Assembly: GCA_016711805.1 (NCBI GenBank) | Contig: JADJSH010000010.1 | Span: 1-64,000, forward strand | From: Bacteroidota bacterium | Lineage (GTDB): Bacteria; Bacteroidota; Bacteroidia; B-17B0; Aurantibacillaceae | Direction of reading: 5' to 3' | Length of the DNA stretch: 64,000 bases | Part shown: piece by piece, positions 1-8,594 of the stretch | How positions within the stretch are numbered: the first letter of the stretch is position 1 | Layout: each line of letters begins with the position of its first letter | Notes under the pieces: generated by a model | Seen by the model: only the letters and a program-made list of their open reading frames with translations | Databases searched by the model: none | What the model was told of the DNA's origin: nothing | Program-made: the position numbers and the translations under genes

Positions 1-2
1 TA

Positions 3-233
3 ATGTTGGATGGTGAAATTGATGCCACAGAATTCAAATCCATGCGCATTCAAATAGAAGAAAAAATTACTCAGTTAACTTGCGAATTAAATAATGTAAG
101 TGCAAGTATGCATAATATTGGGTCAAAACTGGCAGAGGCTACCGACTTAATTTCGAACCTCGGAAAGCACTATATACACAGTGAAACAGCAGTAAAAAGA
201 CAGATAGTGAGTTCGGTTTTCCCTCAGGCTTAG
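3..233 (+). CDS. C-terminal fragment of a putative recombinase/integrase-like protein (5' end off-window)
   Basis: ORF runs off the left edge; coiled-coil-like C-terminus; ends ~125 bp from the 3' end of ssrA, a classical integration hotspot. Family assignment from sequence alone is weak. Confidence 0.25.
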   Translation: MLDGEIDATEFKSMRIQIEEKITQLTCELNNVSASMHNIGSKLAEATDLISNLGKHYIHSETAVKRQIVSSVFPQA

Positions 234-320
234 TTTATGGAGAAAAAAAGTTCGAACTCTCGAATTGAATAAGGTGATGTCTCGAATCCTTAGTATTGAC
301 AAGGTTTCTGGAGGATCTAA

Positions 321-351
321 AAAGAAAGCACACCAATTTTGGTGTGCTTTC
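321..351 (-). terminator. rho-independent terminator downstream of ssrA
   Basis: Hairpin aaagcacaccaattttggtgtgcttt; on the minus strand it is followed by a T-run. Confidence 0.5.
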
Positions 352-359
352 CCCTTCAG

Positions 360-725
360 TGGACCCGGAGAGATTCGAACTCTCGTCCAAACAAGGAATT
401 AATATGCTTTCTACAAAGTTTAGAACATAATTGGTTTTCGATTCAAGTCAGGCTTATATTCATACCAAACTTAAACTTAGATGCTAATATTGTTTCAGAT
501 AACATCATCACTGAAACAAGTTGCTAATTTATGATGCAAAATTCTCGTCGCTAAGCAACGGTGCTACAAGGTTTGCAAAGGTTGGTTAGTCTTGGACTAA
601 GCAGCCATAGCGTAAGAATTCTCTTCGCCGAATAAAAGTTTGAGAGTTGAGTTTAAGGTGCCATATCCACAACGCACCACCTGCTTACTTACCAACCGCG
701 CTCGCTGTCAAAACCGGTCGGGCCC
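360..725 (-). ncRNA. ssrA: tmRNA (transfer-messenger RNA)
   Basis: Minus strand: tRNA-like 3' end with T-arm GAGAG-TTCGAAT-CTCTC and 3' acceptor strand CGGGTCC plus discriminator A. It pairs with the 5' end GGGCCCG (one GU pair). The 5' region GGGCCCGACCGGTTTTGACAGCGAGCGCGGTTGG resembles the tmRNA 5' consensus. An internal tag ORF ggc gaa gag aat tct tac gct atg gct gct tag encodes GEENSYAMAA-stop (compare Bacteroidetes GENNYALAA tags). Length ~366 nt. Confidence 0.8.
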
Positions 726-805
726 ATAATTTTAAAGAACTAGGACAAAGATACAACAATTTCATGCTCAAATTAAGTTTTTAATTATATTTAAGAAAAA
801 TTACC

Positions 806-1330
806 ATGCGAAATTTTCTATTCATAATTCTTATTTGTGCATCTGCTAGTTCGTTTTCACAAACCATCAAATCGAAAGCTTTAAAATTAAAATACACATT
901 GGCCGATAGTTGGACCGCTAATGAATTTGCTGATCCTTTAAATTGGGACAAAGGTGGTAATGCCATGTGTAAATGTTCGGGCGTTGCATTTAGCAAACCC
1001 GATGCTAATGGAAAATACAATGTGGTGGTTTATGCCGTACCCGCTGGCGGATTAGATTCGGCAAAGCGTGAGTTTGTTGGCAATTTACATTTTGTGAATG
1101 TAGAGAAAATAGAAAAAGCAGTGAATGAAAATTTTTCTTTTGAAAGACGCCGTTCAAACTTTGTGGATGTTAAAACTAAAGCCAAGTCTTATAATTGTAT
1201 GCGCTATATTACTAAACCTAAAGATGGCTATAGTTACATCATTTACGCATGGCAAGAAAACATGAATCTTTTAAACTCTACGAGCGAAAGAGAATTGTCA
1301 AAAATGATTAATGTGATTGCTCCTCTTTAG
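806..1330 (+). CDS. hypothetical secreted protein (N-terminal signal peptide)
   Basis: Hydrophobic N-terminus MRNFLFIILICASASSFSQ; no recognisable motif. Confidence 0.5.
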   Translation: MRNFLFIILICASASSFSQTIKSKALKLKYTLADSWTANEFADPLNWDKGGNAMCKCSGVAFSKPDANGKYNVVVYAVPAGGLDSAKREFVGNLHFVNVEKIEKAVNENFSFERRRSNFVDVKTKAKSYNCMRYITKPKDGYSYIIYAWQENMNLLNSTSERELSKMINVIAPL

Positions 1331-1477
1331 ATTTTTGTAAACAGATAGGTATCCATATCTACAAAGTCATTCACTTTAATTTCAATTGTTTTATCGGTTA
1401 CTTTTATTTCTTTCAAACCTAAAGATGATGCATCATTATACTCTATCATCATAGCTGTTGAACTTTTAAATTGAATT

Positions 1478-2821
1478 TTACCTTTGTATTGTGGGTGAAA
1501 TTCCAAAACTCACTTCTCCGTAACCCTCTTTGGCTTCAATGGTAATTTTACCATATACTTTATTCGAATAAGTACCTGCTAGTTTTTTATAAGCATCTGC
1601 GGGAGCTTTATAAGCAGCTACTTCTTTCTTTAATTCTTTAATGACGTTTTGCTCTTCGTCATAGCCTTCTTTAAAGCCTTTATAATAAACCGCACTTACA
1701 TTTACATAAGGCTGATTAGTTATATCATTCATAATTTGAGCATCAATGGCGTCAAATAAATATTGTCCATCGCTGTTGGTCAAAATCACGTATCCAAATT
1801 TATCTTCAGGAACTAAGACAGTTTTACTTAAAAAGCCATTCGCACCTCCATCGTGTGTTACTATTTTTTTACCAAACTTATCTTTTAAAAACCAACCTAA
1901 ACCGTAAGTATTAAAGCTATTTCCTTTTCCTCTTCCCTGCCCCACAATAGTATTTGATTCTCTTGTTTTTTGAATCACTTCAGAAGGTACAACCTGCTTG
2001 CCGTTATACTTTCCGTTATCTAATTGCATCATCACCCATTTACTTAAATCATTCACATTAGATGTGATAGAACCAGCCGCTCCAATATTATCCACTTTTG
2101 AAGGCATGATTTCAAATAAATTTCCATTCAATAAAGTATATGCTTTTGATGCATTTGGAGAAGTGATAAAATTTTGAAAGGTTGTTCCAGTTCTTGTCAT
2201 ACCTAATGGATTAAAAAAATGGTGTTTTAAATAATCGTCCCAAGTAGTATCGCTTGCTGCTAAAATAACTTCTCCTGCAGTTACAAAACCCATATTGCAA
2301 TAGCCGTATTTTTCTCTGAAACCAAATTTAGGAGTTACGTTTGCCATATTCTCTACAAGCTCTTTTCTGGTTTTTGTGCCAGCCCAGTTTAATAAATCAG
2401 TTTGAAAGGTTTCGTAACCAATTCGGTGCGATAATACATCTCTAATCGTCACATGATTGGTTAAATAATCATCTTGCATTTTAAAGTATGATAAATGCGT
2501 TTTTACTAAATCATCTAGTTTCAATTTACCATAATGCTCCAATAAAGCCACCGAAGTTCCTGTAAATGCTTTACTATTAGAGGCAATTTGAAATTCGGTA
2601 TTTTCGGTAACAGGCGTTTTCTTAGCCACATCGGCATAACCATAACCTTTCATTAAAACCACTTTCCCATCCTTTACAATAGCAATGGCTAAGCCAGGTA
2701 AATTCCAGCGAGTCATTTCTCGTTTGATATAAGTATCTAAACTATCTTTTATGAAATTACCTTGCGCAAAAGATAATTGAAAAGAGATGCAAATGATGGC
2801 AAAGCTAAAAAGGGATTTCAT
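1478..2821 (-). CDS. serine hydrolase, class C beta-lactamase/penicillin-binding-protein family
   Basis: Signal peptide; S-x-x-K active-site motif (ASNSKAF) ~55 aa after the signal; overall beta-lactamase-related fold length (447 aa). Confidence 0.8.
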   Translation of the reverse strand: MKSLFSFAIICISFQLSFAQGNFIKDSLDTYIKREMTRWNLPGLAIAIVKDGKVVLMKGYGYADVAKKTPVTENTEFQIASNSKAFTGTSVALLEHYGKLKLDDLVKTHLSYFKMQDDYLTNHVTIRDVLSHRIGYETFQTDLLNWAGTKTRKELVENMANVTPKFGFREKYGYCNMGFVTAGEVILAASDTTWDDYLKHHFFNPLGMTRTGTTFQNFITSPNASKAYTLLNGNLFEIMPSKVDNIGAAGSITSNVNDLSKWVMMQLDNGKYNGKQVVPSEVIQKTRESNTIVGQGRGKGNSFNTYGLGWFLKDKFGKKIVTHDGGANGFLSKTVLVPEDKFGYVILTNSDGQYLFDAIDAQIMNDITNQPYVNVSAVYYKGFKEGYDEEQNVIKELKKEVAAYKAPADAYKKLAGTYSNKVYGKITIEAKEGYGEVSFGISPTIQR

Positions 2822-2890
2822 AGAGTTTGGTTTTTGAAACCAAATTTATAAAATGATTTGGATTAACATTAATAAATATACTGAAAAGAT

Positions 2891-3185
2891 GCGGGCGTGC
2901 CGGCGCAAAGAGGCTGGCGCCGTCGGGCTGCCGTTACAAGCTTTTTGGACTTCGGGGCTTCGATACTTCGACAAGTTCAGTAACCATCTAAGCCACCTTC
3001 AGCTACCAAAAAGGCTTTCCACTTGCATCCCTCAAGCAAATTCACTATTAAATGCGAAGTTTTACTTTCAATTTACGGGATTAACTTGCGTTAAGGATTG
3101 TAGCGAAAATCCTTTTTTATGAGGCACGAATAAAAAAGATTGAAGCGTAAAGCCTGACCCGACCAAAGGAAGGGTAACGCCCAAA
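2891..3185. repeat. intergenic repeat family A copy (MITE/REP-like, GC-rich, terminal inverted repeats GGGCGTG...ACGCCC)
   Basis: Shares modules GGGCGTGCCGGCGCAAAG...GCGCCGTCGGGCTG and CTTGCATCCCTCA with copies at 6950, 17719, 19286, 22694, 58399 and 63441. Confidence 0.6.
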
Positions 3186-3230
3186 AAATTGATACAAAGA
3201 AACATTCCCAAATAATAATATACCGTACTA

Positions 3231-5600
3231 TTATTTAACCACCACCACTGGCTTAGTAGCCGAGCCTGCATTTGATGAAATTGTTACATAATACACCCCA
3301 GATTTGTAATCCGATAAGCTAATAGTGTGATTGAATGATTCGTTTAAAACAACCGTTTCTTGATACAATAGTCTTCCAGAAATATCTTTGATTTCGATTA
3401 AAGACTTATCAGCATTTTTAGTGAAACCTGTTAACTGAATCACATCATTTGCAGGATTTGGAATCACAGAGAAATAATGATTTTTATCAAGCATTTGCGA
3501 CACACCTGTTACTAAAAAGCAATTGTTAGCTACCACTTTATTAATGGCTTCGTAAGCTTTGTTTACTATTTCAATAGCACTATTGATGCAAATACTTCCA
3601 GAGCCATTTGTATAATAAATTCTACATAATGGTTGAGCTGTTAAATTTTTAGCAATCGTAGAATCTTTAAAGGATAAACAAATCACTTTATTACCACCAA
3701 TTAAAAAATCTGGCGTTTCAGGATACACATTTGTTGGAACTAAATTCACCACATTTAAAATAGTTGCGCCGCTAATGGTAAATTCATATCCTAAAACACG
3801 TGCCGTAGGATTTTGAATATATACATCAAAATAATTTTGAGAAACATCTACATTTCCAATGCTTAAAGTAGCTGTGTTATTTGGATTTATATTACCTCTT
3901 GGAAATAAACAATTTGTATTAATAGTTGAACCATGATTAACACAATTAGCCATTAAAGCGGCATCCCAAACGGTTATGGTTCCTGTATTATTCAAATCAT
4001 TACAACTATTAGCAGTAATACTTGTATTTAAAATTTGATTAATGTAAAGTTGACCATCTACTAATTGTTGAGTACCACTATTATTTAAATCGCCCATTTT
4101 TGCTGTTCCATTGCAAGTTCCGTTACAATCGATAGCCGCATTCCCAAATTGATTTCCGGCGCAATCAGAATATGAAGGGCAAGATGCTAATAAGGTAAAT
4201 CCTTTTTGACCAGAAGCATTGGCTGTAATTTTAATACAAGCTTGTGCCCAGTTATTTTGGTAATTACTTTCAAAATGCCCTAAAGCATCCGCCGATTGAT
4301 CCCAGTTAACTTTAGCTGCCATTACGTAATTCCCCGTATCTACATCCGTAATATCAATCCATTGGCACTCTAAACCAGCCGCATAAATATCTCCGCATTG
4401 TTTAGAGATTCCCATATTACCGCACGAAAACTTAGCTACTCCACCATCAGGGCAGCCATCAAAATCTAATACGCAAAAGCCGTTTTTAAATCCTATAGGA
4501 ATGGCTTGTCCGTTTGGTTTATATAAACGATACTCTGCATATCCTTCATAGTGTGCATGTCCGTGACAGTTGTTAGTTGTAAATTGTCCGGGATTAGTAC
4601 CAGGATCTCCTATATAATAATCTTGAGTTCCTATATTTTTTATGTATGTATCAAAATTAATTACCGTTCTAACTCCGTAACCATTTAAACAACTTTCAGT
4701 TACTCTACAATCGCCTGCTCCAGCATTTACGGTTCCTAAACTTAAGGAGCTAATAAATTGCGGTTGAACAATGGTTAAATCGGGCGCTGTGCATAATGGA
4801 CTTGGATAATACACACAACTACCATCATCGATAGTGGCTAATGGATTATAATTACATGCACTAAACGTCGTACAACCAGAAATTGGACCTTGATAATTAA
4901 TAGCAAAGTTAATCACCCCTGGACAAGAGTTATTATAAGATCCAACTCTAACAATATAGGTTTTTGATGTGTCTAAAGCACCCGATACTTCAGATTGCAA
5001 ACCACAGAAATCATCATTATACAAGATAGTTCCTGTATTATTAGTAGTAAAGGAACCATTGCAGTTATCGTACACCCATAATTTCGTGTCGCATGAACTT
5101 AATGAACAAGTAGATACTGTATACAGTCCTACTTGAGCCGGTTTAAATTTATAGAAATACTCATTACCTGGAGCTGTGTATGTACCTGTATTCACAGCAA
5201 TAGCCGTTTGGCAACTTTCGCCGGGTCCGCAATTAAAATAATAGGTATAAGTCCCACCAAACTGTCCGTTATTGTTCGTTTGTAAAACATTATTCACATA
5301 AATTTGAAAACTTCCGGCTCCATAATTACAGCAAATACCATCACCAAACGAATCGTTAATTACAAACGTTAAACAACCAGTTGATGCAACGCAAATTGTA
5401 CTGGTAGATGTTGTAGAATTGGTTAAAACACCATTCGACATTAACACCACACCAAATTTGTCTTTTAATTGCCAAGTGGTTTCAGCAGCATAATTATCAG
5501 TGGTTAAAACAACTTTCACTTCTATGCTACCACCTGGGCATTGACTAAAGATATTCAGAGAAGCTAAAAATAAAATAAGAGTAGTAAAGATATATTTCAT
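3231..5600 (-). CDS. T9SS-secreted multidomain protein with lysyl oxidase (LOX)-like copper amine oxidase catalytic domain
   Basis: Signal peptide. Internal segment [14 protein letters not shown]...[12 protein letters not shown]...[22 protein letters not shown] aligns with the animal LOX catalytic core (WHSCHQHYH copper site ... FCLEDTSC ... [21 protein letters not shown]). C-terminal Por_Secre_tail/T9SS sorting domain (…[23 protein letters not shown]). Confidence 0.75.
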   Translation of the reverse strand: [789 protein letters not shown]

Positions 5601-5708
5601 AGGCTGTTTTTAATTTAAACAATGAGTGTATATTTGTATAAAAATAAGACAATTCTGTAGAATTCCTATTTTTTTCAATAATTAATTATCCACTTTTACT
5701 AAACATAT

Positions 5709-6914
5709 ATGTCAAAATTTAAAATAGGCGTTCTTCGCGAAGAAAAATTTCCACCAGATAAACGAGTTCCATTAACCCCACTAATTTGTACTGAATTACT
5801 GCGTTTGTACCCGAACTTAGAAATTGTGATTCAACCTAGCAAAATAAGATGTTATAGCGATGAAGAGTATTTGGCATTTGGATTAACCTTACAAGAAGAT
5901 TTAAGCGATTGCCACGTATTAATGGGTGTTAAAGAGGTTCCTAAAGAGAACTTGATTTCTGGTAAAAAATACTTTTTCTTTTCTCATACCATCAAGAAAC
6001 AGGCCCATAATATTAAGTTAATGAAGACCTTAATTGAAAAGAGAATTCAGATGGTTGACTACGAAACCTTAACGGATAAAAACCATAACCGTATTATTGG
6101 TTTTGGGCGTTATGCAGGTATTGTAGGAGCTTACAATGGTATTTTAGGTTACGGACGTAAATATGATTTGTTTCAAATTAAACCAGCTAACCTTTGTCGT
6201 GATAGAGCTGAGATGGAAGAAGAATTGAAACGTGTAAAATTACCAAACATTAAAATTGCTTTAACAGGCGGTGGTCGTGTAGCTAATGGTGCTATTGAAA
6301 CTTTATCGGCTTTAAGAATTAGAAAAGTAACTCCCGAAGAATTTTTAATGGCTTCATTCAGAGAACCAGTTTATTGTCAGTTAAACCCAAGAGATTATGT
6401 TGAAAGACCCGATGATCATAATTTTGATTTGAATGATTTTTTTAAACATCCTGAGCATTTTGTATCTAAATTTTCGCCATTTACTAAAGCAACCGATATT
6501 TTTATTTCAGCACACTTTTGGGATCCACGTTCACCTAAAATGTTTACAACAGAGGACATGAAAGCTTCTGATTTTAAAATGAGTGTTGTGGCTGATATTA
6601 CTTGTGATATTGATGGAAGTGTGCCAACGACTTTAAGAGCAAGTACAATTGATAAACCTTTTTATGGCTACAATCCCAAAACAGATAAAGAGGACGTTCC
6701 ATTTAATAAGGAAACCATTTGTATTATGGCAGTTGATAATTTACCTTGCGAATTACCTCGTGATGCGAGTGATGATTTTGGTAAAGATTTGATGGAGCGT
6801 GTTTTACCGTTCTTATTTAAAGAAGATGTTGATGCAATTATTGAACGTGCTAGTATTTGTAAAGAAGGAAAATTAACTAGCAACTTTGACTACTTGAGCG
6901 ATTACGCTTATTAA
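5709..6914 (+). CDS. alanine dehydrogenase/PNT-fold enzyme, probable saccharopine dehydrogenase (lysine-ketoglutarate reductase)
   Basis: N-terminal IGVLREEKFPPDKRVPLTP typical of LKR/SDH-type AlaDH_PNT proteins; glycine-rich NAD site TGGGRVANGAIE; 401 aa. Confidence 0.55.
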   Translation: MSKFKIGVLREEKFPPDKRVPLTPLICTELLRLYPNLEIVIQPSKIRCYSDEEYLAFGLTLQEDLSDCHVLMGVKEVPKENLISGKKYFFFSHTIKKQAHNIKLMKTLIEKRIQMVDYETLTDKNHNRIIGFGRYAGIVGAYNGILGYGRKYDLFQIKPANLCRDRAEMEEELKRVKLPNIKIALTGGGRVANGAIETLSALRIRKVTPEEFLMASFREPVYCQLNPRDYVERPDDHNFDLNDFFKHPEHFVSKFSPFTKATDIFISAHFWDPRSPKMFTTEDMKASDFKMSVVADITCDIDGSVPTTLRASTIDKPFYGYNPKTDKEDVPFNKETICIMAVDNLPCELPRDASDDFGKDLMERVLPFLFKEDVDAIIERASICKEGKLTSNFDYLSDYAY

Positions 6915-6949
6915 AAAAGGTTGTAAAATAATAAAGGTTTAAAGTGCTT

Positions 6950-7140
6950 GGGCGTGTCCCTGCGGGCCGGGCTGTCGGCACTCGCTTTTTATTTGTCCTG
7001 CGGAGCAAATAAAAGAGCTCAGACATATGCCGCTATCCCTCACGCAGGTTTTTATTAAGTTTGAAAGTAAAAGCTGCGCGAGGGATGAAAACAAAAAAGA
7101 TTGCAGTGACAGCGCAGTTCGGCTACCGCCGAACGCGCCC
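6950..7140. repeat. intergenic repeat family A copy
   Basis: GGGCGTGTCCCTGCGGGCCGGGCTGTCGGCACTCGC ... hairpin CCCTCACGCAGG/GCGCGAGGGATG ... CAGTGACAGCGCAGTTCGGCTACCGCCGAACGCGCCC; the mirror of the ends of the 22694-22936 copy. Confidence 0.6.
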
Positions 7141-7220
7141 TATAACTGTAGTTTAAAATGAGCCCTAAATTAAACCTACATTTCTCGAATACAATTCAAT
7201 TGCAATAAGATTTATATTTA

Positions 7221-7505
7221 TTACTTCTGAACTAAAACAAACACGTCTTCATTGTCGCGTTTCATCAAGTATTTCTCGCGAGCAAAGGTTTCTAGACTTT
7301 CTTTATTAGTTTGTAATTCCAGAATCTCTTTTTTATTGTTTTCTATTTCGGCAATGTAATACTCTTTCTCCGTATTCAACTTATTACATTTACTCACCAA
7401 ATCAAACTGTGTAAACACATCATTTTTATCAAAATATAAAAGCCATACAATTAAGCCAATAATCACCAAAAAGTATTTATTTTTTAATATTTTAAGAATT
7501 AGCAT
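7221..7505 (-). CDS. septum formation initiator family protein (FtsB/DivIC-like)
   Basis: 94 aa, single N-terminal TM helix followed by coiled-coil; pattern typical of Bacteroidetes FtsB-like proteins. Confidence 0.6.
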   Translation of the reverse strand: MLILKILKNKYFLVIIGLIVWLLYFDKNDVFTQFDLVSKCNKLNTEKEYYIAEIENNKKEILELQTNKESLETFAREKYLMKRDNEDVFVLVQK

Positions 7506-7563
7506 TTGATAAAAACCTTAATTTTAATTGATATAAAAGTAATTTTAATCTAAAACCTATGCC

Positions 7564-8325
7564 ATGCTATTTAAAAATGTTATTCATATTGGGTTGTTAG
7601 TTGTATTAACAACTTGTTTTTCGGTAGCACAGGTAAAGACTTCCACTTTTAAAGCTGCACAATTAAAATATAGCAAGGTAAAAGATGCTTATAAAAACAA
7701 ATGGCCAACATTAAAAGAGGGCCTCAAAGCTATTTCTATCAATTCTGAAAATTACGACATTTATATACGTGCCTTTAAGCATGATAAAAAACTAGAAGTG
7801 TGGTTAAAAAATATAGATGCAACATCGTACAAATTATTTAAGACTTATGACATTTGTGCAAGCAGTGGAGATTTAGGCCCAAAACGACAAGAAGGCGACG
7901 GACAAGTACCAGAAGGATTTTATACCATTGATTTATTTAACCCAACCAGCAACTATTATTTAAGCATGCGAGTAAGCTATCCTAATACCAGCGATGCTAT
8001 TTTAAAAACCAGTAAAAATGCTGGAGGTGCTATTATGATTCATGGTAATTGTGTTACTATTGGATGCTTACCAATGACAGATGATAAAATAAAAGAATTG
8101 TATGTGTTATGCTTAGAAGCAAAAAACAGAAATAGAATTGTAAAAGCTGATATTTTTCCAGCAAAGATGACTACTGAAAATATAAAATTTTTGGAAGCAA
8201 ATTATTCAAAGGACAAACTCACCTTTTGGAATTCATTAAAACCTGCTTACGATTATTTTGAAAAAAATCATTCTACTCGTAAAGTATTAACCGATGCAAA
8301 AGGGCATTATTCATTTAAGGATTAA
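7564..8325 (+). CDS. secreted protein, possibly L,D-transpeptidase (YkuD-like) family
   Basis: Signal peptide; His/Cys motif IMIHGNCVTIGC reminiscent of the YkuD H...GC catalytic signature; assignment tentative. Confidence 0.4.
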   Translation: MLFKNVIHIGLLVVLTTCFSVAQVKTSTFKAAQLKYSKVKDAYKNKWPTLKEGLKAISINSENYDIYIRAFKHDKKLEVWLKNIDATSYKLFKTYDICASSGDLGPKRQEGDGQVPEGFYTIDLFNPTSNYYLSMRVSYPNTSDAILKTSKNAGGAIMIHGNCVTIGCLPMTDDKIKELYVLCLEAKNRNRIVKADIFPAKMTTENIKFLEANYSKDKLTFWNSLKPAYDYFEKNHSTRKVLTDAKGHYSFKD

Positions 8326-8334
8326 AAGAGGATA

Positions 8335-8495
8335 GCAACACCCCTTGCATACGTTGGTAATAGTGCGGCTGGCTTTGGCGAAAGAGAGCGAACCGCCATT
8401 CAACGAAGCTTTTTTGCGGGGCCAATGGTGGTTGGTCTTTCGCCTTGACATTTTTGTTTCTTTTTTCGTCAAGGAAAAAAGAAAGAGTAGAAAAC
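8335..8495. repeat. intergenic repeat family C copy (5' motif CATACGTTGGTAATAGTGCGGCTG, 3' A/T-rich hairpin)
   Basis: 5' 24-mer nearly identical to the copy at 12868; ends in hairpin tttcttttttcgtcaaggaaaaaagaaa. Confidence 0.5.
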
Positions 8496-8594
8496 AATCT
8501 CTTTTTAGTTCATAACCAATAGTTTTAGTTCATAAAATGCCTAAAGGCATATTCGTTTCCTTTATACATTTACTCTACAAAAAACTAAAAAATT

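Noticed and set aside
229-340. A second tRNA-like gene suggested by GTTCGAACTCTCG near 250
   Set aside because: It has no acceptor, D or anticodon stems. It is only a 12-13-nt copy of the tmRNA T-arm, interpreted as an att-site remnant.
339-527. 62-aa plus-strand ORF
   Set aside because: It lies entirely within the tmRNA gene on the opposite strand, so it is spurious.
2853-3271. ORFs 2853-3122 (+) and 3068-3271 (-)
   Set aside because: Both are embedded in a copy of the GC-rich intergenic repeat family A. They are repeat-induced open frames, not genes.
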